A stretch of 64,000 nt of DNA from Schmidtea nova. Lineage: Eukaryota. The stretch is from positions 265,422,001 through 265,486,000 of the forward strand of contig CM097883.1 in NCBI GenBank assembly GCA_044892505.1, written 5' to 3'. The notes beneath the pieces were generated by a model. It searched no databases and had not been told where the DNA came from. It worked only from the letters and a program-made list of their open reading frames with translations. A program made the position numbers and the translations under genes. Below are positions 25,461 through 38,273 of this stretch, one piece after another (within the stretch, counting starts at the first letter, position 1; every line of letters begins with the position of its first letter).

Positions 25461-26698
25461 TCGGAGATCTTGTAAAATAAGACTAAAAACATGAAAATGT
25501 AATACAATAATAAATACTTGTACATGATGTTAGTAGTCCGGGACATAATCGGCTACATAAAACATAGAAATAGTCACCAGTCGAGGCATTATCTGATTGG
25601 TGCCTAAAATGCTAAAAGCGCTCTTGTGTTTCAAATATTCAAGATTTATTAAACAAGTAAATGATATGAATTTTGTGAGAAAGGCTTATCATTTATTTGT
25701 TTAATATTATTATTACTATTAGAAAGGTTTTAATATTATTATTAGAAAAAGTTTTAAAATTATTATTAAGAAATATTAATTTTTGAAATGACTTTTAAAC
25801 TTTATGGAAATTAATTATTATTTTAGACCTGACCATCTTCAGCACTAAGTACAACATCTTCAACAGTGTATTCTTCTTGACACAGTGTAATGATTTCATC
25901 ATCATCAATGACTTCTGTTTGAATCATATCCTCTTCAATCATTATTTGGTCAAGCTCATTCTTGTGTGTCTCAAGAACGGGATTTGATGACAAGCTTTCT
26001 TAAGATTAACAACAAAGGCTTTTGTTTGATCAAGCGAGTTCATGTAATCAACTACTAACTTTTTTCTGTAATAATGCTTTAAATTTTTTTATTATACATG
26101 CATCCATTGGTTGAATATGAGCAGTTGAGTTCTTCGGAAGCATTATAACTTCAATGTTCTGAGAACATTTTTTCAAGTTATGACTTGGAGCGTTATCAAA
26201 AAGTAGATAAAATTTCTTTTTGTATTTTCTCAGTTCATTATCAAGATGCTACATAAAACAATTAAACAAATCGATGGTCATCCATGCTTTCGAATTTGCG
26301 TGGTAATTACAGTATCTTGCAACATTAAATCCTTTAAACATCTTAGGTTCTTACTATGTCCAATAACAAAGTGTGTAATTTTAATTGATCCACTAGAATT
26401 TGAACATAAAGCATCAGTTATTCTTACTTTAGATTGTGGTCGGTCCAGACTGCCCTTGGCTGTCCTTAGGCTCCCCAGAAAATGTGGGTGCATGATGGTA
26501 TTGGCTCCCTCGATCTGCTAGAGGAGCAAATCCTGGCACGAGGAATTGCAAAGTAGACATCGAACCATATTCCTGGCTAATTTGCTCAATTCAGCATTCG
26601 ATTGACCAGGGAATACCAAAAATATCGTCCCTTCACTCTTTGCAGCGCTCATCAAACGATTCAAATCCCCACAAGCCGAGGCTGTCGATTTTCCCCCA

Positions 26699-28003
26699 TC
26701 ATGACTGAGAAAGTTGGCCAATTCCAAAGGGTGAACAATTTGATGAACCGGAAACCACACCAAGGTATTCTGATTTTTGGCGTGGTTGCCGATTCATCAA
26801 TTTTATATTTGTTCCCTCGCTTATTATTTTACATAAGCTTACAAATAAATCTAATAATACTTTTGTTTTGGAATGTCTATAGGTTGTATTCAGTTTACGG
26901 AAATTTGTTACCATATACTCAGTCATGCCAAATAGCAACGAAAGAAGAATTCCAGGCCAAACCAAAGATCGATCGAAATCATCGGGTAATCCCACAAGGA
27001 GGATCTCATAACGAAGTGTCCCACTGACGGCTTGCTTATTAGAAAATACTTGTCCAATAACTTGGATTGTGTAGATATAATTGTCAGAAAATGTAATATT
27101 TATTTGATAATCAGTGTCTATATAAATCTCAATTGTATCATTTTTCTTTGGTAATTGATTGAAAGAGACATTGAAAAATCTGTAAAATTTAAGAATAAGA
27201 TTGAAAGCATAACACCAAGTTTTGGAAATGTCTGTGAAAATATAAAACATGCAGTTTACCAAAATTTCATGAATTAAAATAAAATGAGGTCTCAAAGATT
27301 GGTTAACCATATAAAAATGATACACAGATGGATTTGGTAGTACAGTACATACTCTAAATACATTCACTTTCGGACCTTGATAGGATATCAATTGACAATA
27401 AAATCGCAATTTTCTTGAAACGAATAAGTTCATCATATAATAGTTAGCGATAATTGCACTTTCTTCCGTTTGATTGTATAGCATGATAAACCATTTTCCT
27501 ATTACTAAACTTTTATCAGAATCTTTCCACTTTACCGGATAAAAATAATTGAAATTATACTGATGAAATTAGTGAAACACTCCTAAGTCATACGATATAA
27601 TATGCAATTTAATGAATGACAAAATACGTGGGAAATCAATTTTAGAATTCTGGACCGAAACTTCATTTGTGAAGATATTGTATGCGCATGGTGAGGAGCA
27701 ATTTATTTGAATACTTTTAAATAGTTCTCTCGATCTTGGAATAGTTAGATTAAGCAGCGACATGTCATACTTGATTTCATCCAGGACGTGCTTGCCTTCA
27801 AAAACCTTCCTAATTACAACTGAGTCTTTGAGAGCAACCCAATGTAGGAACGACAGATCCGTACCTTCCGTAATGATTTTTTTTACTTCTATCGGATCTA
27901 GGGACTTTACTGATCTTTCGAATCTTGCATCATCATCAGCGATAATATATGCGAACTGTAAACGCCGCTTTTCTGATTCTTCTATATATTCTTCATTCAA
28001 CAT
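26699..28003 (-). pseudogene. Intronless orphan reading frame, 434 codons, with one internal TAA (27571-27569)
   Basis: ORFs 27569-28003 and 26699-27484 are in the same frame, and the 28 codons between them (FHQYNFNYFYPVKWKDSDKSLVIGKWFI) are open; no family recognised. Confidence 0.6.
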
Positions 28004-29285
28004 TGTATTTAAATGATATTTCGGTTATCAATTTCAGATATTATAATATATTTTTAAAGTAGAATTTTAAAAGTAGAATTTTAAGCGATTTCAAATATTT
28101 ATTTTTGTTATCGTGCGGGTTAACCGCTTAACAACCTCTTTTTAAACAAAACATAACATGTTGCAATAATAAAATTTTTACATATATAATTACATAAAAA
28201 TTTTTATAACCTTAATTTACATAATTTTAAATATACATAAGACACGAATAAACATATACGGTTAAAAAAAATTTATATCCAAACGTAACCAATGAGAGTT
28301 ATTATGGTGTGTCCACAGAACATTACAAACAACAAGGACAAAATTCCAATACAATTTTATTTTTCCAATAATAATTCCAAATTTATCGATTTTTTTCCAA
28401 ATTCATAAAAACCCACAAAGCCATTTTCAAATTTCAAACCGGCAATAATCCAAAATTACAAAGGCACTGAAAACAAAACTCTGTCAGAAAGACCAAAAGT
28501 TTTAAAATCCAATTTAATTCGAAATCACAGATAATCCCTCAAATAACCCAGAAAAAACAGACTTCCTTAATTATTAATCAAATTTTTAAACTTCACCCGA
28601 TTACAAAAAATTATTTAAAACCAAATTACTCTTACTAAGCAAATTTTCAAACATAATTCTAACTTACACAAATATTATTAAAAAAACATTTTAAAAAAAC
28701 TTTGTTTTCTACTTTAAATAATCAAATATAAAATTTTTCTTATTTTCCAATACAATTTTTACCAAAATTAAAATTTCATTCCAATAATTTTTAAAAATTT
28801 TAATTCTAAATCAATCACAAATTCAATTCACGAATTGAAGATTTCTTAATATATTCAGTTCCTAAAAATCAGCAATTGAATTGTCACTAATATGATATTT
28901 ATGTTACACACAAATAGAATCAGTTTTGATATCTTCTCTGGTTACTGTAGGGTTTTGGCGCACTGTTAAAATTGTAATACAAATCAGGAGACAATTGATG
29001 AGCACTTAAAGGAATCGGTGAATCGATTAAGTCCATAGTCCGAGAGTTGGAATGCTGATGAAATAGTGATTTGAAAACACATGGTCTGCTGTGAAGATAA
29101 TTATTCATACTGTATAATGCGCCGAGTGCCGATCCTTCAACAACATTAATAACAACTAATCCGACTAGTGAATGTATCACAGATTTAACAGTAGAATGAA
29201 TGACAATTGCACTGCCCATGTTGTGGTGCACAGGCCATATCATATACGATTTATATAGATTTCGATAATACCGTTTACCGGCTTT

Positions 29286-32200
29286 AGACTTCCAGGCTCG
29301 CCCCCCCAATCTCTCACAGCATCAAGCTCCGCCTTTTACTATTTCATTTTTATTTAATTACTTTTTTAATATTTTACAAAGCGGGCGCGACCATTCTCCC
29401 CCTTTGACCTTCGGTCAACATCATCCCTTCACCCACTCTCTCTCTCCGTGACCGCTTAAACCCTCCACGTATCCTCTCTTAATTCCAAACGTGGAATGCT
29501 CACCACCTTTACCTTGTTTATCAGCTCTGGAGAAAGTATTTCCTTCCAATCAATTCTATGTCTCCATGCCTCTTGCAATATGCATTTGTTGATGAAATTT
29601 TCAGCCGTATAGAACATGGTCGGAACTGTTGTCATTTCCTTATTACGCCTTACAACTGGAACATGCGGCAGCAACCATTTCGTTCTATTTTTCACTAAAT
29701 TGCTTCTAATTTAACCAACTGACTCTGAATTAATTCACCATCTCTTTTGGATTCGGCCAATTTTTCGTCAATATTCATTACATGGTTCGAAATTTCAATT
29801 TTCAACTTCAATAATCTTTTCCAAGTTCCTCGAGACTTCTTTAACCAATTTCTTTTTAGTATTGAGTCCAATTTTCAAGAAATCCTTTTCTATCATTATT
29901 GACTTCAAGCTTAATTTAATATATTCAATCATTCCCAGACTGCCATTTAATTTATTAATTAAATTAACATTTTTATTCTCCAAATCCTTCACCAAGGTTT
30001 GCTGCGAAGCGATTTTATCATTAGCTTCTCGAAGTTGTTTTAATGTATCATTTTTCCTTCTCTTTCATCGCCACATTTATATGCCTTTCTTTCGCAGATA
30101 GCTCATTTAAATCGATTTCATTTCGTTCAATTTTTATTTCTAGTTCCCGATTTACATTTGCCAATTTATTGTTAATATCATTTACATTTTCCATCTCAGC
30201 TGATAACGTTTCTACAGTTTCAGCCAAATTTTTTAATTTTACTTCGGAATCAATAATTTCACTTCTATATTCCTATTCGCCCGTTTTTATTTTATTTTCA
30301 AGATTTTCTATCTTTGAATGAAGTTATGTTACTAAATCCGACTTATCGGCAAGAACTTCATTATCAACAGTTGAACCGTTCACAACCTTGTCAAATGATC
30401 CCATTTTATTGCCACTAATTGCATCTTTACTTTTCATTAGAAGAAAGGCTGACTGTTCACTACCTGTTCTCTCTGCAATTATAACTGGACAATTTATTCG
30501 TTCAATCGTTTCTACTTTTTCACCTTTATTACTGACATATTTGGTAATTTACCCATCATCTTCTAGATTTGTTTCAATATTGTTAACTTTTTCATCGTCA
30601 CTTTTATCAACATTAGAATTTTCAACTATTCCTTGCTCAATATATTCCCCATTAAAAGAGTTCTCTCCAATAATTTCCTCAATTTTACAATTTTCTTCGA
30701 TATCGTTTATATTTTCCACAATTTGCTCATCAGCAATGCAGTTTTCTTCAAAATTATATTCATTTACTGCCCGCTCATCTTTTACTACCATTGTCGATTC
30801 AATTTCCGTCATTACTTTTTGCACTAATTTGTTTGAAGTAGTATTTATTCCATCCTCGCTTGCCATATCAACCTACCCAGAGTTGTCAATCATTTCACCA
30901 GAAACACAACTATTCACTGCGCTAGTCTCACCTCGACCCGAATTCCAATCGCCATCACCAGTTCGAACCTCACCAAGAACTTCTTCCTGAGCTTTAGGTG
31001 CAAAACTTTCGATATATTTCTTTCCACACTGCTCTTCCCGATAAGTCACCATTGACTTGTTTTGATTCTCGGTTTTCTTTTTACTGTCATCCATTTTTAT
31101 CACAGGAAAATGTTGCAGTCCACTTTGTGGACGTGGGTACCTTCTATAGTCCATCTTTTCAGAAGCCTTGCAGAGTTTCCGCCCGTACTGCCAATTGGAA
31201 TCCTTTTCACACTGTTCTTCTCGATAAGTTACCATTGACATATTTTGATTCACGGCTGTCTTTTTACTGTCATCCATTTTTACTCCTGGGCTATGCAGTA
31301 AAAAATGATGTTTTATCTTACATTTTAGTGCCGTTATTCCGTTTCTTGACATGTTAGCCTTGTTATCATTCCTATCCACTACTTGTCCAACAAGCGTCCG
31401 GTTCCCTTGTCTTAGATTTACAAGGTTTCTTGACGATACGTCCTGCCTTTTCCAATTGTTTCTTCTATTGTCATCACCAACTCCATAAAGAGTTTCTTTG
31501 ATTGACCTTAACAGCTCGACTTCATCTTGTAACCAATTTCTTAAGTTTTGGATACACTCGGTTATCTTTTCCTCCTTAACATCTTTCTTCCATTTCTATA
31601 GCAGCGGGATGGGTAGTTTTTGCTGGCATCTCTTCATTAAATAACTGTTCTTCATTTCGGACTTTCGTCTAACACTAATTATTCTAACTTCCAGAGTTTC
31701 TAATAATCCAACGAATGCCTCTATTTCCAGCATCTCATTTTTACGAACAGGTCGGAATCTGTTTATGTCTTCAAGAGCAGCTAAATAATTTCGTTCTTCA
31801 TCGCCATATCTTCTATCGAGCTTTTCCTTTGCCATTTGGTAACCAGTTGAAGAAAATCCTAAATTCTCGATCAACCTTAACGGTTCACCTTTCAAATATG
31901 ATCGGAGGTGTAACATCTTTTCATCATCCTCACCATGTGCACTATCAACACAAGTATGGAAGGCAGCTCTCCAACTTTCTTATTCTTTCCATTGTCCATC
32001 AAATATCTGGATTCGTATCTTCTGCATTTTATCTAGTCTTTTCTTTGTTTCATTCCCACCTACCTCTTTAATTGTGTTGTTGTCATTCGACCTAACTGAC
32101 TGATTGGCCTTTGACGAAATTAGCTCTTCCACCTTATTATTCTTTTTTTTAATCTCTTTTAAATTCGCTTCTAGCACAGTTGTGGTATCTGACCTTCCTA

Positions 32201-32364
32201 ATCTTTTGCTGATTTCCAACAATCTTTCAAAACTCTCTATGTCACTTTCCATTTCAGACTTCCAGGCTCGCCCCACAATCTCTTACAGCAATCAAGCCCC
32301 GCTCTCAATTATCTAATTTTTATTTAATTATTTTTAAAAACATTTTATTAAGCGGGCGTGACCA
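29286..32364 (-). mobile_element. Miniature BEL/Pao-derived unit A: ~108-bp LTR-like repeats, gag (DUF1759-like) plus acidic coiled coil, collapsed pol remnant, PPT
   Basis: KIRIQIFDGQW, EKMLHLRSYLKGEP..AKEKLDRRYG, CKIKHHFLLH; LLPHVPVVRRNKEMTT (BEL RT) fused to LQEAWRHRIDWKEIL (BEL RT/RH); AAAGGGGGAGAA PPT then TGGTC; repeats at 29286-29393 and 32256-32364. Confidence 0.8.
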
Positions 32365-33830
32365 TTCTCCCCCCTTTGACTTTCTGTCAACATCAACACC
32401 TCACCCACTCTCTCTCACCGTGACCACTAATAACCCTCCACGGGTCCTCCTTTAATTCCAAGCGTGGAAAACTCGTCACCTTCACCTTGTTTCGCAACTC
32501 TGGAGGAAGTATTTCCTTCCAATCAATTCTCTGCATCCATGCTTCTTGCAATATGCATTTATTGATAAATTTTCTAGCCGTATAGAACATCATCCGAATT
32601 TTTGTCATTTTCTTATTACGCCTTACAACTGGATAATGCGGCAACAACCATTTCGTTCTATTTTCCTCTAAATTACTTTTTAATTTAACCAACTGACTCT
32701 CAATTAATTCACCATCTCTTTTTGGATTCGATCAAGTTTTGTCAGTATTCATTACATTGTTAGTAATAGAAATTTCTTCTTCGGTAATTATTTCCAATTT
32801 CCTTGAGACTTCTTTAACCAACTCCTTTTTAGTATTGAGTCCCATTTTTACGAAATCCTTTTATATCATTAAAGACTTCAAGTTTAATTTAATATCTTCA
32901 ATCATTCCCAGACTATCATTTAGTTTATTAATTAAATTACCATTTTCTTCCGTCAAATCCTTCACCAAGGTTTGCTGAGAAGCGATTTTGTCATTAGCCT
33001 CTCGAAGTTGTTCTACGTAATCATTTTCCTTTTCTTTCATCTCCACATTTAAATGCTTTTCTTTCGCAGTAAGCTCATTTAAATCGATTTCATTTCGTTC
33101 AATTTTTATTTCTAGTTCCCGATTTACATTTGCCAATTTATTGTTAAAATCATTTACATTTTCTATCTCAGCTGATAACGTTTCTACAGGTTCAGCCAAA
33201 TTCTCTAATTTTACTTCTGATTCATTAATTTCCTTTTTATGTTCTAATTCAATCGTTTCTATTTTATTTTGAAGAACTTCTATTTTTGAATGAAGTTGTG
33301 TTACTAAATCCGACTTTTCAGCAAGAGATTCATTATCAACAGTTGAACCGTGATCAACTTTGTCAAATGATCCAATTTTATTGCCACTAATTGCATCTTT
33401 ACTTTTTATTAGAAGATAGGCTGACTGTTCACTACCTGTTCTCTCTGCAATTATAACTGGACAATTTATTCGTTCAATCGTTTTTACTTTTTCACATTTA
33501 ATACTGGCATTTTCGATAACTTTTCCATTATCTTCTAGATTTGTTTCAAGATTATTAACTTTTCCATCGTCACTTTTATCAACATTGGAATTTTCAACTA
33601 TTCCTTGCTCAATCTTTTCACCATTAAAAGAATTCTCTCCGATATTTTCCGTCATTACTTCTTGCCCTTATTCGTTTGAAATAGTATTTATTCCATCCTC
33701 GCTTGCAATACCCACCGACCCAGAGTTGTCAACCATTTCACCAGACACACCACCATTTACTGCGCTATCCTCACCTCGACCTGAATTCAAATCGCCATCA
33801 CCAGTCCGAACCTCACCAAGAACTTCTTCT
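32256..33830 (-). mobile_element. 5'-truncated tandem unit B of the same miniature BEL/Pao family, sharing the 32256-32364 repeat with unit A
   Basis: Colinear with 29286-30980 but diverged and lacking ~135 bp of A; ORF 32861-33655 is an E/N/K-rich coiled coil; LLPHYPVVRRNKKMTKIRMMF and WMQRIDWKEIL. Confidence 0.8.
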
Positions 33831-33915
33831 TGAAAATATGCTTGATGATATAGAAGATATTCTGAAGCATTTATCGCAAACATTTAAATTTTTTGAATGC
33901 AATGAATAGGATTCG

Positions 33916-34219
33916 TTGATTATGTTTATCGTTCCTGAAACTATACGCTTTTCAATTTGCCTGCATGATGTATATGAGATCGCGAAGACCATTTCTGAGA
34001 CTCGAATCAACGTCAGGACACTTTCAGAAGATCCTCGTCGTATTGAAATCAACTGTGAGTCAAAGTCTTTCTGGATTCTCGTTTCGGCCTTGAAAGATTT
34101 TATAAAATCGGAAGGAAACGGTTCATTGCCACTGAGAGGTGACATTCCAGACATGACAGCTGACTCTGAACGCTATGAAAGGATTCAGAAAATCAAAAGC
34201 ACCTGGCCGGAGTCCACCA
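33916..34219 (+). other. Orphan open frame at the right end of the 7.8-kb insert
   Basis: About 100 codons with protein-like composition running to the ACCA terminus; no family recognised. Confidence 0.3.
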
Positions 34220-34271
34220 GATTGTTTTATGCCTTTTCTTTCACTTGATGAAATCTTTTTTGTAGGAAATG

Positions 34272-34808
34272 CTAGAAAAAAAGTCCAGTTTCATCCATAT
34301 CGAGTATAACTTCTGGGTCAATTCCTGCCAATTTTTCAACCATTTCATTTCTATGGGCTAAATTATCAACATTATTCATTGAATTTGCTTCTCCGTGGAG
34401 AACTTTCAATTTCAGATTAAATCGATTTTTGAATCTATAGAGCCATCCTTTGCTGAATTGCAGGTCATCAACATTTAGTTTTTGTCCAACATCCTTTGCT
34501 TTTGTAATGATAATTTCATCAGTCACGTAACCATTTATCGCATTCATTCGAGATATCCATTTGATCAATGAATTCTCAAGAAAAGAATGAATTTTCGAAG
34601 ATTCTCTGGAGTAAGTGCTTGATCTTTCACAATTTTCCCATTTCTCTTTATTTTTCAAAATTTCTGATAACGTAGAAATTCCTAGGTCCAGGTTTAATTC
34701 TCTTTTGATAATTTGAGACAATTTACTCAGCAACATTTTCTTCGACTCCTTTATTGCACAAATTTTAGCCTTTTGATGAATTGTAATTTCTGTTCTTTTT
34801 CTAGCCAT
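34272..34808 (-). pseudogene. N-terminal half of the pogo/Tigger transposase (CENP-B-type HTH domains)
   Basis: MARKRTEITIHQKAKI..., FSKGWLYRFKNRFNLK..LHGEANS, DMDETGLFF. Confidence 0.92.
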
Positions 34809-35299
34809 ATGGATATTTAATTTAAATAAATTAAAATTGTAAACAAGCTTAATATTTAAACAACATTAATCCGAAACTTTTAAAAATTATTAGAAATATA
34901 ATTCAAAAAAGAGCTTTCAGATTGGGGATCATGAAGCTTAGGATTAATGAATCAAATATGTCTGGACGAAAGACAAATTTATTTCGTACTATGTAGTTTT
35001 CGGATTATTGAAGTTCGGATTAATGAGGGTTGACTGTATTTATTTATCTATGTAAAAAGTTGATTGTATTTTATGAAACCTTTTGAAACTTTTGAAATTT
35101 TATTTACGGTTTTAAAAATATTAATTTATATTTGTTAAAATTTGGAGATATTTTATGAAATTTAATACCTTTTATTGTGAAACTTTGAAAGTTATTATAG
35201 AGGCTGCAACTTTCGTTGCCCATAAAACTAAAGCAAAAGTAAAATTTTTATAATGACACATTTATTTATCTGGTTTTTAATCTGCTTATCTTGTGCTTT

Positions 35300-35700
35300 A
35301 TCTTTTGAATCTGCTTCTTTTCTGCTTTTTAAAACAATCTGAACGGTTCGGCATGCGGAATGGGTAGAGGATGGGGGCCTCGGAGCTTGGGTCTAATGGG
35401 GTAGTGACTGCTGTTTTGGGGATATCGACTGGGTGGACGGGAAACTGGTGGGATGCTTTGGCTAGGTCGATTGTGGAAAAATCTGTGATACCGGAAAAAC
35501 GTGAAATTAGGTCCTTGATAAGGAGAATCGGGTAAGCATCGTGTACGGTAACGCTGTTCACCACAAAAACGGAAGGAGCCATCTTTCTTTGTTACTAGGT
35601 GAATTGAGATGCCCATGGGAAGAGGTGCGTCGAATAATGCCCTTCTCTTCGAGTTCGGAGAATTCGAGTTCCACGACCTGACGTTTGTTGATTGCAAGTG
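35300..35700 (-). mobile_element. Ty3/Gypsy RT fragment
   Basis: HLVTKKDGSFRFCG; DAYPILLIKDLI; FSTIDLAKASHQFPVHPVDIPKTAVTTP. Confidence 0.88.
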
Positions 35701-35714
35701 GCCGAGCGCGTATG

Positions 35715-36570
35715 GCTGAGGTTAGAATACAAACCAAAAAGTAAAATTAAAACACAATATATATTATTAAAAACAAAATTAATTAATTAAAATTTATCAA
35801 AAAGTTGAAATTAATATTCATCGGGGGGAAATGTATGGTTGAATGCCAAATCAAAAGACGAACCCAAAACTAATAATAATAATTTAGTTAGTTGTCCCCA
35901 GAAAGAGTTATATTGTAAAAACAAACTAATTAAAATTAATTAATCGCTCAATGGGAAGCTCGAGCGATGAAGAAAACCCGAGCGCAGTAGAGACCCGGGA
36001 GACCGGAAAGATTGCGCAGAGCATATAAAGAAAATCCATTCGAGCGCAAATATGATAATTTGCCAGAGATTGAATAACTTTTTGGTTTGAATTAAATTTA
36101 ATTACCTTTTGAGAAATGTGTAAAAGGCAGCGCAAAAGAAAAGGACGAAGCGAGGAACTAAGAGAAATTTACAATATTTGGTCAGATGAGGAAATTTAGA
36201 AAACGATAATTATTTTTGTCAGTTCAGTCAAAAAGAATTAAAAATTGAAAACGTAATTGCTTAATCCTGAAAAGACAATATACGAAGTGAGAAAAGATTT
36301 TAGTAACAGTTATTCAAGATTACGTACAAGAAAGGGCCATTAGCCATTGGGTTTTAAGCCCTAACGTAAGAATGAAATCCGAAAAGAAAGAAAGTGCAAA
36401 TGGCTGAAAGTGTAAATTATATTGATTAAAACAAGTTGAGATAAAAGTCAAATTGTATATGTGGTGATAATCGAATAAATTGTTCTGTGTTGGGTTTCAT
36501 TGATTTCCGATAATTAAAGGCACAATGAGTCAGATCTTTGAACCAATCTTAAACAAAGTAAGATATATAT
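35715..36570 (+). mobile_element. Solo-LTR-like repeat, family of 20750-21450
   Basis: Colinear similarity with the reverse complement of 20750-21450. Confidence 0.7.
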
Positions 36571-38273
36571 GTGTGTGTGCTTGTAATAAGAACTAAGTGA
36601 AATAAGAATAACATAATAAAGATGTGAACAGTCAATTGGAAAGAATTGGAGTTATCAGGAATTTGTTACAAATCAAAATAAATATTGTGAAGAAAGTTAT
36701 ATATTATTGGCCAACCAAATAGCCTAAAAACGGAAAAAATAATACAACGATTAAAACAAAAAATAAAATAAGTAATTTACCAAAACAAAGCAATCTGGAA
36801 AAAAGAATAGAAATAAATAAGCAATTAACAATAAATAAATTACTAATAGAAAAGAATTAACATATTTCGCAACAGAGCGACCAGCGGGGGGCCTGAAACA
36901 GAAAATTAGAAATTAAATAAAATAAAAGTCTAATTAATTGAATAATTACTTCAAAAATCAGGACCACCCAACGAGAAATCTGAAACAGAAATAAAATATT
37001 ATTTATAATAAAATAAAATGATCAACATACTTTGATGGACGGCCTGATCCTGATTGGTCAATCTGACCAACTGGATCAGTATAAATACCGAACCGAAAAT
37101 CACAAAATTAGCATTCATTTTGTGAGACTTAGTTTGAGAGAAAAAATTCTGAGCATTCATTTTGACAGCATTAGTTTTGCGCATTATATTTAGAGCATTT
37201 GTTGAGAGCGCTAGTTTTGAAGCATTGATTTTCAGAGAAATTTTCTTGAAGCATTAATTTTCAAGCACTTGCTTTTTCAATTATCTTGAAATCGATTGGG
37301 AATCAACAGTAAATTTTTCAATTGTATTTTTATTTGTAATTTTTCTATCCCATGATTTTATCATTCTATTAATATATGTTTTATTCATTCAGTAGTTACT
37401 TATTTGATCATTCATTTTTATATAAATATAGATTATGCTTCCTCGACTGCTAACGCGGCGAGAGAGTTAGTCGTTGTTGTGGAGCCCAGGGGCTTCACAC
37501 GGCGGTTATACCTTTTTATTATTTTGTTTATGAGGTTAAAGAGATTTGTCGATAAATTTAGTTTAATCGATCTTTTTATGAAAACTTTTGAATGATTGCA
37601 CATAGGATGGGTCGGAGCACCTAGAGATGAAAGTCATTTTGTACAGAAAAGGAATAACTCTGCCTAAGTGGCATCCCGAAAATTTAGTTCGTTCCTCCTA
37701 TTCTGGTAAGATACCTTTCAGGCCAACGAGTTCATTTTTTTTTCTCCACAAGATAGTCATTAGAGGTTACAATAAGTTTTGGTCAGTAAACGTTCATGGA
37801 CTTGGTCGGGGAATAACTCAGTTAAAAAGGCAAAGTATACAGACTATTTATACGGAATGCAACTATTTAATTTAATACCCAACAATCGATCATAAATCGA
37901 GCGTATCGACATCATCCACCATAGTTACACAGTGTATTTAAATCGATGGCGAATTGACCAAAGCCGATAAAATATCTAGACAGAAAATCATCAATGAAAT
38001 TCATTCAGCAAACGATGCATTATTACACCTAAGATAAACAAGATCAGATCGAATTTTTGTAAATCTTAACCCTGATCGCTGTAAATAGCGCAGGAATTTA
38101 ACGAAATTTTATGATTATAACCCTGATCACTGTAAATAGCGCAGGAATGCCTAAATTAAAATAGAATATGTTCCGATCGTGGTATTTCGCGACGGTGTTG
38201 ATTAAATAAGCCGATTTTGTTTTCTTAAACCTATTTCTACCGATTTTGCTAGAAAATAACTTAAATAAATTAA

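Larger units (their letters stand above)
26437..34219. mobile_element. 7783-bp composite insertion with TGGT...ACCA ends and a GATTG target-site duplication
   Basis: GATTG at 26432-26436 and 34220-34224; removing the insert plus one TSD restores the pogo frame. Confidence 0.85.
25520..35036 (-). mobile_element. pogo/Tigger transposon (~1.7 kb) split in two by a 7.8-kb insertion
   Basis: 5' TIR TA|CAGTCAACCCTCATTAATCCGAAC ending at 35036; CENP-B HTH + DETGLF half at 34808-34220; KVRIT..CSNSSG..DNAPSH..IQPMD half at 26432-25850; halves rejoin as RKGIKQS|KVRIT; 3' TIR degenerate near 25520. Confidence 0.88.

Noticed and set aside
29050-29090. CTGATGA...GAAAA as a second hammerhead (also checked 7086, 27560, 51475)
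   Set aside because: Stem II or stem I cannot be formed in register with the core
28920-29309. 129-aa ORF MGGRAWKSK... as a third BEL gag
   Set aside because: Similarity to the BEL units stops after about 8 codons (the shared repeat); the remainder is unrelated and unrecognised
30043-30990. Ser/Ile/Phe-rich plus-strand ORFs resembling membrane proteins
   Set aside because: They are antisense shadows of the E/N/K-rich coiled-coil frame on the minus strand
38067-38150. Two 31-bp direct repeats with a 20-bp spacer as a CRISPR remnant
   Set aside because: Only two copies, no cas genes, and a clearly eukaryotic context
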